Below are positions 34,829-47,249 of a stretch of 64,000 nucleotides of DNA, in pieces; position 1 is the stretch's first letter; each line of letters opens with the position of its first letter. The notes below the pieces were generated by a model. The model had not been told where the DNA came from. It saw nothing but the letters and a program-made list of their open reading frames with translations, and did no database searches. Made by a program: the position numbers and the translations under genes. The DNA comes from Antechinus flavipes. Its lineage: Eukaryota. The DNA is taken from the NCBI RefSeq assembly GCF_016432865.1, contig NC_067402.1, forward strand, positions 16,306,001 to 16,370,000. Direction: 5' to 3'.

Positions 34829-37800
34829 GGGGGCTCGGCGCGCGCGGGCCCCGGATCAGGAAACTCGGGGTTGGATGATGAATGCCCCAGTCCTAGGCGT
34901 GGGGGAGGGAGAGGGTGAGAGGGGGCGGTCAACTGGGGTCCTCACCCCGCGCGATTTTACTGGAGGGAGGGAGGGGAATGGATGGGGGGCCGCGATCGGT
35001 GCAGAACGTTCCTATCTCTCACATCCCCAAACCGGTCCTTTTCTCGCAGCCCCCAAGGTCATCGCCCCCCCCTCCGCCTCCCCTGTGGCCATAGCTCCCT
35101 TCTCCGTCCATACTAAGTGTCTCACAAACTCCCCCTCCCCATAAGCAAGGGGTCCCCAGCCCTCCCCCACAGGCGAGTCCAAGCTTCCTTTCCTCACCCA
35201 GCCCCTCGCCCCTGCTCCCCGCCTCACACAAAGGTGCCTCCTGGACCACCAACCCTACGCACCCAGAGGTCCTGAAGCCCTTCCCCAGGCCCAGAGGGCG
35301 TCGCCCCCCGTAGCCCCTCCGTGTGGCTTCCACATAGGAAGGTGGCCCTTTCCCACACACAGATCGGGTGGCCCTTCTGGCACCTGAGGAGCTTCACCTG
35401 GGCCTGTAGCTCCAGTGCCGAGTCATCTTTGTCCTTTCCCAGCTGGAATAGGGGGGACCTTGACTAATCGGAGGCTGAGAGAAAAGGGAAATCTGGCTGG
35501 GGCTGGGACCGGGGGCGGCCCGAGCCCACTGAGGACACGGCCTCCTCCGGATGACCGTGTCTGGGTGTGTTTGGGAAGTGCATGGAAAAAACAGGAAGGA
35601 TCCCTGCGCTGGAAGTCCTTCCCTGCCGCAAGCCGGGAGAGCAAGGCCGGCGGCTGGGCTTCTAGCTGCAGGTCAGGCTCCGGATTGACGTCTGCCTCAA
35701 GCAGGGGAGGGGATTGGGGGAGAGGCTGAAGCCTACCACAGGGTAATTGAAATTTGATGGTTAAACTAATTACTGCATTATTAACAAATAAATTACTTAT
35801 TAATTCCACTCAGTGTTGATCTTGGAAATAAATACTAAAGCTGCTTTTCTCACGCACACATGGAGGTTTTCTCTTTCCTTCTCTGGATCTAGCATACACC
35901 TTGCTTTCTGCCCCCCACACACACCTCGTTTCCTTTCTTCTCCAATCGCCTCTTCTTCTCTCCCCTTCTCCGTTGTCCTTTTCCCTGCTCTCCCCTCACC
36001 TTCCCTCCCTTCTCCCCTCTTTTTCGCTCCTTTCCTTTCCCTCTTCTTTCTTTCTCTCTCCATTTCATCTCCTCTCTCCCTTCCTCTCCTCCTCTCCTCA
36101 CCTGCCTCCCTGACCCCAGGAAGACCGTTCGATTCACCCAGAAATCGAGAACAAACAAATCCACAAAGACAAGGCCAGGCCACGATTTTCCCGAAGGGCT
36201 CTTTCTCAAAGGGCATTGGGAAGACAAGCTTCCTCCCCGCTTGGGTTTCCAAGGTAGACAGAGAAAGTTCGAGCCTAAATCCCAGCGACACTTCAGAAGG
36301 AATAGCATTTCTTTCTCCATTTACATTAGTTAGCACAGGAGTTACTGAATGTTGAAATATAGCCATTTGATGGATAGACATTTAATGCTTAGCCACATAA
36401 AGCCTATTATAGTCAACTAATCTTTAAACTAATTTAGGAAAAGAGGCTCAAGAAAAGGATCCTTTTGGCTTTTTCTCTAGAATCTCCCAGATTTGAAAAA
36501 AAACAAAAACAACCAAAACCCAAAACAAAACCAAAACAAAGAGCTTTTGAAGCTATTTTCTACTTTGGGCCTGGGATAGGGAGCCAGAAAAGCACAGAGA
36601 AATAGGACGCGAATACAGGCTTGCTCGCCGCGGGCACGGTCGATTGAAAATAAAAGCAAGGGGATTTATCACACGCGTATGTGTGCGCGTGTGTATATGT
36701 ATGTATGTACACACATACGTGTACGTGTGTACATACAAAATAACAGCTAATCAAATATCCAGATTTCCCCAGAAGCTCTCAAAAAAGCCGCTCTGTGCGT
36801 TCTCGTGATGAGCTCTAGCAGTGAAAGGCAAGCCGGTAAACAGAACCACAGATCCACCCTGCAGAAGAAATACACCGCGCAATCTTGCATCTTTTCTCTT
36901 GTCATCAACTCTGCCTTCTTAGGTTTTTTTCTGGGTCTGTTTATTATGATTTCCCGGCATTAAACCCTAAAATTTGTGTTTAACTGCACTTTTCTGCGAT
37001 GCTGCTATTTTGAGAGGTTACAAAAGAAAGCAGCCCTGTTTTGTGTCTAATCGGCCTAAACTGGCGAGCTGGAGTCTGTTATTCACGTGGCTCTGTTCCT
37101 CGGTGGAGATGGGCTTCTTCGGGATCTCCTAAGGCCTGTAACTTGTCTTGGTGGTTTGCTATCATAAACAAAAACTCGGCCAAGACCACCAAGTGTTATC
37201 TCAGACACCGACATTTTGACATTTTAAAGCGAGATTTATGGCTGCAATAAACAACCTCGGTACCTCTTCTGATCCGACCAGAACCTCCCTTTGCAAAACA
37301 GTGCATCATTCAACCAAATTAAGTCACAGAGAGATAGATTCTAAAAATTAAAACACCTTTTATCCCAAGAAATGTGACACCATAATTAGCCTGGGAAGAC
37401 ACTAACCCAACTAATAAAACAACCAAAAGTTTACCAGCAGTATCTCTCCGGAGAAGAGAATGGAATTCAAGGAAATGAAGCAGAAATGGAGAGGTCTAAT
37501 CTTCATATACCAACTGGATCCAATTCCAAGTAGGGAAAAGGGGTTTTCCCTTCTTTGTAAAACATGTAAGCACATCTGCTCATTCCACGTGCTCGGATAA
37601 AATATGTGTGCAACAAAAGATTTCTTTAAATCCCATTAGGTAAAATAACTTTCCATTGAATTCAAGCACCATAAATGGGGATGGGGGGGAGGCAAAGAGG
37701 GGCNNNNNNNNNNNNNNNNNNNNNNNNNNNNNNNNNNNNNNNNNNNNNNNNNNNNNNNNNNNNNNNNNNNNNNNNNNNNNNNNNNNNNNNNNNNNNNNNN

Positions 37801-38435
37801 NNNNNNNNNNNNNNNNNNNNNNNNNNNNNNNNNNNNNNNNNNNNNNNNNNNNNNNNNNNNNNNNNNNNNNNNNNNNNNNNNNNNNNNNNNNNNNNNNNNN
37901 NNNNNNNNNNNNNNNNNNNNNNNNNNNNNNNNNNNNNNNNNNNNNNNNNNNNNNNNNNNNNNNNNNNNNNNNNNNNNNNNAGAANNNNNNNNNNNNNNNN
38001 NNNNNNNNNNNNNNNNNNNNNNNNNNNNNNNNNNNNNNNNNNNNNNNNNNNNNNNNNNNNNNNNNNNNNNNNNNNNNNNNNNNNNNNNNNNNNNNNNNNN
38101 NNNNNNNNNNNNNNNNNNNNNNNNNNNNNNNNNNNNNNNNNNNNNNNNNNNNNNNNNNNNNNNNNNNNNNNNNNNNNNNGGGAATAGGCAGTGGACAGAG
38201 AGAGGGAGAGAAAGGAGAACTGCATTTTTAGTCTAGTTTGAATCTGATTTGAATCATTTTGAATATATTTGGATCAGCCTTTCCTCCTGAATACAACCCT
38301 GTCCCAACTTTCAAAGTGACCGAAAAGTGACACCGGGCGCATTTTGTTTCTTATTAATCTCACACATTGACAGTCTTTGTTAAATAACAAGGCGCGCCCT
38401 TCACCAGCCGACATTTTCATATTTGTTAGACGCGC

Positions 38436-38452
38436 TGACCTGAAGTTCACCT
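38436..38452 (-). promoter_or_regulatory. HOXA4 upstream DR5 RARE
   Basis: Minus strand AGGTGA-acttc-AGGTCA, matching the recalled Hoxa4 5' RARE, about 3.9 kb upstream of the inferred ATG. Confidence 0.85.
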
Positions 38453-41109
38453 CGGCCTTGGACTTAGCTGTTCTCAAAGGTCTATACAGTGTCTTTTAGA
38501 TAGTTGGGTGCTTTGCCCAGGTCACTCCTTCGGAGAGAAAACCAAGGGGGTGAGGGATCACAGGGAAGTGTACACACTGTGGAATGGATCGACTGTATCT
38601 GTCCTTTGTTCCTTGGAACCAAGATCCCTCTTCCCGTCCCCCTCACCCAACCACATTGTTTAATACTGGGCACTGGCAAAGGAGTCCATGAAACTTTGGG
38701 GTTCCAAAAAAGAGGGGGTCACATTTTAAGAGTGATTATTCACGACATTCTCCAAAAGAAATCCTCATCAGCCATTCGGTTTCAAATAGTGAAGCCTTCA
38801 GTAAGATGTATCCAGGGCTATTTGTTTTTGCTGGGCTTTAAAAAATAAACAAAACCCAGACATGGGAAGTGTAACTTACATTCGTATTTAAATGAATTTT
38901 GACCATTTAAATGATCTATCAATGTGCTGCCTCGGAGTAAAGGAAAATTTTATCTGAAATTTATAATTGCTGGGAGATGTTGACAGTCATTGAAATCTTT
39001 TTAAAAGGGGCGTCACAAACTTTTGATCTAAAACACGATGAAAACGTGCACTTGAGGACACATAATTTTGGGGAAGGTCAGGAATAGAGTAGGTTTTCAT
39101 TTTCTTCCTAGCACTCATCTAGATATGGTCAAGGAAATGTGCAAGACTGATGCCCAACTCGGGCATGAGTTCTTTCTTCGCATCACCAGTCAGAATTACA
39201 CACAGCTCAGAAGAGTGTGGAATTTCTCCATGAAGAAAGGCCCCACAAGTGGAACCTTTCCTTTGCTCCCCCCCCCCCCAAATCACAGAGACCATGGCCA
39301 GAAAGTAAGCCACCTCAGTGGTTGCAGGGATTGTCCTGCATGGACCTTCACATGCATGCATTTACATTTGCAGAATAATCAGATCCCTGGATGTAGATTG
39401 AGCAAAATAAATATTTCGTATTTATCTTCGTGAGCCCCTAAAGTCAGCTTAGAGAAACTATGCCCCCCAAAAAGAGACTCTCACAATGAGTACCCAGTGG
39501 CATGTAAACCAGATTTTTTTCCCCTAGCTTCCAAATGCAGCTAAGGAACATGAATGAGATTCCCTTGCCTATATTAGGGACTCAATGTATTCTTGTTTCC
39601 TTTCTTTTCTTTTCTCGCTTTTTCGCTGTCCCTCGCTACCTCATCACCCCTTCTAAATATAAATTTAAGTTTTGCTGAAAATCATACATTGATCATATTT
39701 TTCTTTTTAAAAAGTGAGATTTCACCACGACTCTTGGGTCCCCTGCTCCAAATGTCACATTTTCTAGAGTTGAGTTATTCTTGTAAAGAATGGAAGTTGC
39801 CTTACATTTGAAGGCAAACGATAACTTTAGAGTAGGGACTTGGAAGCGGAAACCTAAACACCACCGAGGGTCTTTTCATCAAGCCTGGGGAACCCAGAAC
39901 TTTAAGGAACATTTCTTTCTTAAGGGATTTGGCAGGGGGAGAGGGTGCTATCTATTTTTCACAACTTAGGTCTCTTTCCAGATAGAGCATATGAATCGAA
40001 GGACAGTTTTTATTTATTTTTTAATCTGAATATATCGAAGTCTGGTCTTGTTCCTCCTCCCCCCACCAAAAAAAAATGAAATTAAAATCACTTTCTAAAA
40101 AAAAAAAGATCTCCCCTATACCACTTTCCTGCCTTCTGAACCACGGAGGGGAAGGGGGAAGAGCTGGAGGAGAGCATTCGATGCTTACGTTCCTTTCAAA
40201 GATAAAATAAAATCCGACCTCCAGGAGTTGGGCGCATTTTGGTCCGCGACAAAGCCCTGGGGCAGGCGAGCCTTCCTTCAAGGCTGGCAGGCGATTTGGA
40301 ACTGCAGCTATTTACCTGCTCCCTCCGAGGTACCCAGAGTCCCTCAGAAGGGGGCCCGATAATTCAGGATGAAATACAGCGCGTACTCCTCTCGAAAAGA
40401 GGAATTTTCTATCCTTTGCTCAGTAATTGAGGTCATCCGAGCGCCAGGGTTCACCTGGAGTCCATAGCATGATGCACGCGAAACTCGACGCTATATTTTA
40501 TCTTTTGTGTTGATAGCCCGCATCTCGGCTGTAACATTGACATCAAGCTCTGTCTGGGCAGATGACGGAGAGTGGTGCACAATGTAAACTTTTGACCCTC
40601 AACTTTGTGACCCGCGGTTGTAACGCCCTAACCACAAAGATACACAAAAGCGATGCCTCTGGGTTCTTTGAGGATGGCGAGGGCGCCCTGTTTGTTTCAA
40701 TAGTTCGGCTGCCCCCCCCACCCCCGAAAGTGTATTTGGGGAAAGAGGAAGGACGAAAATATATTTTTCCCTCTTTCATTATTGTATTTGCTGTCCAATT
40801 CATTTCCCCACTCTTTCGTCAGCGCGGAGGGACGAGATTAACTCCAAGAAGCTCCTGATTACATTTGCAAGGGAAATCTAGGGTAAGTTGGGGGAAGAGT
40901 GAAAAAAAGCGAAAAGAGAGAAATGATGGGGGGAAAGTGGTGGCCCGGACTTCCATCCGTCATTTTTCTTTTATTTAAAAATAAAGACACAACAAACCTA
41001 ATTGTTTGGGAAAGCTTGCCTAGGCAAAGGAGTTGACTGTGAACTTGGTCTGAAGCGAGCTCTGCTGGTGATTCCTAGGGTGTGCAGATTTATCTTTTCT
41101 GCATTTACT

Positions 41110-41157
41110 TAACCCGGCAGTGAACTGCGCTGGCTGTCATTTGTTTGGCGATGACAG
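41110..41157 (-). promoter_or_regulatory. Candidate DR5 RARE with two Meis/Prep sites
   Basis: Minus strand AGTTCA-ctgcc-GGGTTA (41110-41126), CTGTCA at 41134-41139 and TGACAG at 41152-41157. Confidence 0.5.
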
Positions 41158-42158
41158 ACTTCACCTCAAGCAAGGACTGTTTCACAAAATCGCAATAATT
41201 ACCCAATAACCTTCATAACAAATATTATTATTGAAAAGAGGGAGGGAGAGGAAAAGGCAGGCGGAGAAAGGGGCAGTTCTGGTAAAATACCAAAGGAGGG
41301 GACCCTGCTCCCCATTTTGGGGACTTTCCAGGGGGGTTCTGTAGCTCCACCATCCTGGGAGCATGTCAGAAGAGACTGAACAAGGGTCTGCTCTGGGAGG
41401 CCTTTCCTGGAGGACTGTGGAAAGCTCCATTGTGGACCAAAAGGAAACCTCCTGTAGATGGTCTAGATTGTCCTCTTCATGGAAGGGCAAGCCAGGAATT
41501 ATCTATAGCTCAGCCACGAAGCACTGAGGTCCACTTAAACTGAAAGGTTCGTTTTCCTCCTTAACGCCCTCTAATCCACAGTGGGTGCGTATGTGTGTAT
41601 AGATTATATATTCCCTTATTATTTGGAAACGGTAATATTTCGAATGGCCCCAGTGCAAAATATTCTTTCTGATATGAAATATTACTTGTCTTCTCTGAAA
41701 GAATACCCACCAGGAGGCATGCGAAAAGAAGAAAAAAGTCAGAATCTTGGCGTGCTGTTTTGAAATGAGCCCATGGAAAACTTAACAACCTATAAGTAAG
41801 TGTGACCAGAAGCTTCCTATAATGTGTTTATAGTTCAAGGGATATTGTCATTCTTCCTGCTGGAAAAAATCTGGGCCTGGAATTTTAGGGTGTTTTCTCC
41901 TTTTACAGGGTAAGATACATGAATGCCCTTCTGTCACTGGGTGAAATTAAATATCTTAATAAAGACAAAAGAACCAGGGCTTTTAAAAGGAAGTTACCTC
42001 CCACAAAATAATTCAAATCAAGAAGGATCAAGAAAAAATAAAATAAATAAAATTAAATGAGCAGAGAACTAGATCATCCTATATTCTTTACTCCGAGCCA
42101 TTTAAATCTAGGGCCGAAGGAAGAGAGGAACAAAGATAGACAGATAGACGGGGATGGG

Positions 42159-42228
<70 letters not shown>
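42159..42228. repeat. (GA)n microsatellite with one interruption
   Basis: Read directly. Confidence 0.95.
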
Positions 42229-42231
<3 letters not shown>

Positions 42232-44972
42232 CCTCAAAATAATCTTAAAATGATGCTAATTAGATTTAGAATTTTTAGAAGTCACAGAACTTTGTTGGTC
42301 TAGGTATCCACAAAAGAGGCTATCTTAACTTTTAATTTATTTAAAGAATACAACTTCCCAGATAAGATAATAATTGTAACTAATATTTTAGAGGAGTCAG
42401 TTGAGCTCCTGGATAGTTTGTGGAAACAGATATTAGACAAACTCCTGTTTGTCAGTCACCTTCTTCAGGGTTTAATGCACACAGCTTTCTAGATAACTAG
42501 CTATTCATAGATGCATCTACACACTTCCTCTGATTAGGCCACTAGGCAATATGGCAAGGTCCCTCTACTTCCCTTTCTGTTTGTTGTTTCGGGCACGAAG
42601 AAATCATTCATCTAGATTACTTGAAGGACACTAAAATGAAACCTTGAGTTAATGTTTTCTAAAAATGAAGGCGGAAGTCTGGGGAACAAAACAAAGAACC
42701 AAGATTTTACACACACAATCACCCACCCACACACAAATACACACACATATAATCCTTAAAAGGGGGGAAGGGGAGAAATCTAAAAGAAATCTGAATTACT
42801 TGAGCTGTATAGATATTTGAATTTCGATGATTATGTTAAAGGATCACACAATATAACTTATATGACGCAGGTTTTCCCCAACCAACAAAAAGAACTGGTC
42901 AGAACCAAACAGATTTGATATTTTCCTAGAAACTTTGCTTTTTTAAAATGTTGCTTCTTAAACCACTGATTCTGTGGGCAGCTGTTGGATGGATGTTCTC
43001 TGTCAAAACATAAACTCTATACAATAAACTTTGGTGCAATTTTTAAAACCCTTGAATCTCAAGTCCCCTATCAGGAGAATTGAAAATGCTCTCTCAAGTT
43101 ATTGCTTGTAGGAAGCTATCCAGATCCTAAGTGAGGAGAGCATTAAGAAAGACAATATTTGACTTTTTTTTTTTTTTTTTTGCTTAATTCCAGAGACCAG
43201 CTGGAGAAGTTAGGCTGAACTCAACAGTATCTTTAGAAGGGACTTTGAGGTTATTTACTAAGTCTATTGCTCCCAGAATTTAGCCAAGCACATCATCTCG
43301 GAATGAGGTTACATTATAATAAAGTTCGTGAGGCTTTAAAGGCCCTGAAAAATTTAGAGAGTTAAAGAGGGAGGTTAGTGAATGTAGGTGGAGGATGAGA
43401 TCAAATAGAAAAATACAATCCTTTTTCACTAAAGAATGAGCCGCTGGTGCCATTTTGGAAATGGTTGTTTTCAAAATCATAGATTATGTAAATTGTCCAT
43501 GATCAAACAGAGTGAGGGGCTGACAAAAGAAAGGCGGAAATCTCCTACTGACAAACGACTCATTTCTTCCCTAAATTCCCTTTTATGGAGTGTCAGGAAA
43601 AACAAACCTAAGGGCCCTGCAAGACTTTTAAGTTGGACATTTAAAATTGCGTTATTTCCCCCAAAACTCCAGAGCCAAGGTTTTAATGGGTGGGGTTATG
43701 GGAAGTGGGAGAAAGAGGTGCTATTTTTTTTTCCTAATTTCTAATCAGATAGACCGTTCTGTCACCTTTTCAGAGTAAAAAGCACTGAAATAGTCATTCT
43801 AGAGAGAGAAAGAATGTGAGAAAGGAAGGGGAAAAGGAAGGAAAGGGAAGGAGAAGAAAAGAAAGAAAGGTTCTTTTACCCTTTTCATTCAGCTCTGGAA
43901 ATTCAAAGAACAGAGTGAAATCCGGCCATAAAGTTTATTGCTGAGTAATCACAGGCTGGTGAGAACAGCCCCACTGAAATAAACAGGCAGTTGAGGCCTA
44001 GTTCCCACAGCTGGGGGTCGGGTGTGGGGGAAAGGGAAGGATAAGATCTCAAAGGCCAGAACTCTTGGCGTCTACATTTCCAGGGATGCTCTATCTATCG
44101 TCTTGTCTATACCATGATTTCCATTCTCTAAAATCCAAATGTGTTGAGTGGCCCTGCAGGGGTGAAAAGTGCCTTTTAAATCGACTCCTCGCCGGTATTC
44201 TGGACCAGAACATTACAGAAACTGGTAAGACAGAGAAAGGATCCCTTAAACTCAGACCCTGCCAAATGACTTCAGTCTTTGAGAAGAATATTTCAATAGT
44301 CTCCTCCATACACACAAACATTACCCAGTCAAGAAATTAGTAACCAGCTGGCTTGGCAAGTCAACATCACCCTTCCTAACCCTTGATACTGGAGCAGAGT
44401 ATCCTGGCCCAGACTCCTTTCCAAGCCTGCTTCAGAACCCTGAGGATCCAGCCTGCCAGCTCCCACCCACCCACCCACCACCACCAGGACTCAGAGAAGA
44501 TTTAGCCAAGATGCAGGACCAGGGCTTTCTGAGAGGCTGCTTTTCAGATTCTTCTCCCTCCCACCAACCCACACCCATACCCTCACCATATACATATGCA
44601 CATTCTCACACACACAAAAATCATCTTTTTGCAAACTGGATAGACCAGACACAGAGAGCAGCGGAAGTCATTAACATCTGCGGTAGTCCAACTAATTAAA
44701 GTTAGGCCTCAGGATTAATCTCTGCCAAAGTCACTTATTGTGGTTTACTTGGATGGGACTGGTAAAAATTTCAGAGCTTGCTGTTAGCACTTCTTTTTGG
44801 GGAAGGGAAGCAAGTTTGCAGGCAGATTCATAGTCTGGCTGAATTGTTCTACTCTTTTGAATGCAGTGGCAGCCCTCAGAGTTACTGAACCAGAGAGACA
44901 GAGTCAGAGGAACTGAGAGAGAGTTAGTTCACTGGACAAATAAACTGTAAGGAACTCAAGAGTCAAACTTAC

Positions 44973-45076
44973 CTTAACTTGCTAGGAGCCATTTTTCAGA
45001 GAGTTTTGAGAACTCGTGGTTTGGGCACTTCTGCCCCTAAAATTGACCACTTGAATGACCAGGTGCCACATGTAGC
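44973..45076 (-). other. Candidate 104-nt non-coding internal exon (long HOXA3/HOXA-cluster transcript)
   Basis: Acceptor tcttttgcAG at 45078-45077 and donor TTAAG|GTAAGT at 44973/44972, both near-consensus. Confidence 0.55.
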
Positions 45077-46032
45077 CTGCAAAAGAGTCCAATGAAGTCC
45101 AGCGTCAGTGAGATTATATGTTATGTGGTATATAATGTTGGATGTCAACTCCCCAAAACCATAAAACTTACTTTAATGGCACCACGTGACTTTCTATAGC
45201 NNNNNNNNNNNNNNNNNNNNNNNNNNNNNNNNNNNNNNNNNNNNNNNNNNNNNNNNNNNNNNNNNNNNNNNNNNNNNNNNNNNNNNNNNNNNNNNNNNNN
45301 NNNNNNNNNNNNNNNNNNNNNNNNNNNNNNNNNNNNNNNNATCAATGTAAGCACTCAGTAAATGTGCAAATCTTTAGTTGCTCTTCGAAGCTCAGAAGAG
45401 TTAACCAATCGAGCTAGGATGGGGGTAAGTAACATTACATTTGTAGCGAATTAATTGTAGCAAAAGGAATCCTATCTGTTAAGGGTGAAATGGGGGAAGG
45501 TGGTGTTAGGATCTGACTCTGGTGAAGAGGGTTTTGGGCTTGGGATCCTGGAAATACCAGGGTCTCCAGCTAGTTGAGACCACAAGAGCAGTTTAAGAAT
45601 GAAGTAGAGATGTTGTGAAGCCGAGGAGGGTATTTTAACAAAGAACATGATTTCTCTCTTTCTTCCTTTCTTTTTTTTTTCTTTCCTATCTTTTTCTCTT
45701 TTCTTTTCTTTTTTTTCCCCCCCCAAATAACAAACATTTTGGTAAATGAAAGGCAGGCAGTGTGATGAGGACTTCTGTCCTGCGATTTCTTCTGTCCTGC
45801 GATTTCTACCTCTCTCTCAGGAGGTAGTTAAGAGAAAGTTTCAGTGGCAGAGAGCTCACTGGCGGATACACTCTAGCCTTTGCACCAGCGGGCCCTCGCT
45901 GGCCAGGTATTCCGCTGACCCTGGGGCTCGGGGCAGACCCCGAGCCTCAGAATCTGGGGGGGAAAGAGGCAAAGAGAAAGGACGAGCTCACCATTTGGTA
46001 CAAACCAGCTCACGAGAACTTACAATAGAAAG

Positions 46033-46038
46033 TTTATT
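46033..46038 (-). terminator. HOXA5 polyadenylation signal
   Basis: TTTATT on the plus strand about 825 nt past the stop. Confidence 0.6.
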
Positions 46039-46362
46039 TTTTGTTTCCAGTCAGGTTTTTTTTCTTTAAAAACAAATAAAAAAAAAAAAAGAGCTTATCA
46101 CAGTTTGCTTTAAACAGCCAGACTTGGACTATATTTGTAACTTTGTTCACAAAAACAGACACCACTGAAGCTGCGCGTATAAGAAGCCACTTTTTTTTTT
46201 AGGAGTTCGTGCAAAGAGTTGTACAAAGGCACAGCAAAACAGACACTGCTTCGAGTCACACTTGCCGTCACAGATTCACTATTCACTACACGTTGATAAG
46301 AAGTTAACTTGTATCTCATCAAGTCATCTCTACAACAGCATTAGTTAGTTACACAGGGAATA

Positions 46363-46370
46363 TAGGTAGT
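46363..46370 (-). other. miR-196 8mer seed match in the HOXA5 3' UTR
   Basis: Plus-strand TAGGTAGT equals mRNA ACUACCUA. Confidence 0.7.
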
Positions 46371-46862
46371 TAGAATAAAAATATTTTTAACAGCTTGGAG
46401 CTATTCAGACAGGGACACTTCCACGCACATGCACAGTTAAAGAGACGGATCGAGTGCAACACACGACATTGGCACTAAACAAGGTTGGGGGGGGGGGGAA
46501 GGAGGAGAGTCTCTCTCTCTCTCTTTTTTTTTTTTTGTTTTGTTCTTTTTTCTCTTTTTTACAGTTACTTCAAGTAACACAGCTCGCTTTATATAAATAA
46601 GTTAAAACATCTATTTTTTTTTTCAAGACAAAGCCATTCAGGACAAAGAAATATACAGAAAGCAGATCTACTTATACACTTAAACAGGCGATATAATAAT
46701 GCTCATAAACAGGCTCATGATTAAAAGGTGGGTGCGGGGGGGTGACAAGGACAGGATTTCTTCACAGAAGTAACACGAGGAAGTTTCAGAAAGTCACCTT
46801 TAGTACTGACACTAGGCGCAGGTTCCACTAATACTGCTCAGTACTTTTAAACTCTCGGATAA

Positions 46863-47249
<387 letters not shown>

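Noticed and set aside
33784-35144. Long plus-strand and alternative-frame ORFs over HOXA4 exon 1 (277-387 aa)
   Set aside because: Extreme GC content suppresses stop codons, the ORFs cross an N run, and they show no recognisable domain.
41904-41912. TACAGGGTA (minus TACCCTGTA, the first 9 nt of miR-10) between HOXA4 and HOXA5, where miR-10 lies in other clusters
   Set aside because: The match ends after 9 nt and I see no complementary arm, so it is not a precursor. A decayed relic cannot be supported.
43231-43275. Short MIR/CORE-SINE-like fragments (TAGAAGGGACTTTGAGG here; also about 29210-29240, 22830-22850 and 20228-20285)
   Set aside because: Similarity covers only about 20-30 nt and is judged from memory. 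RepeatMasker would be needed to call them.
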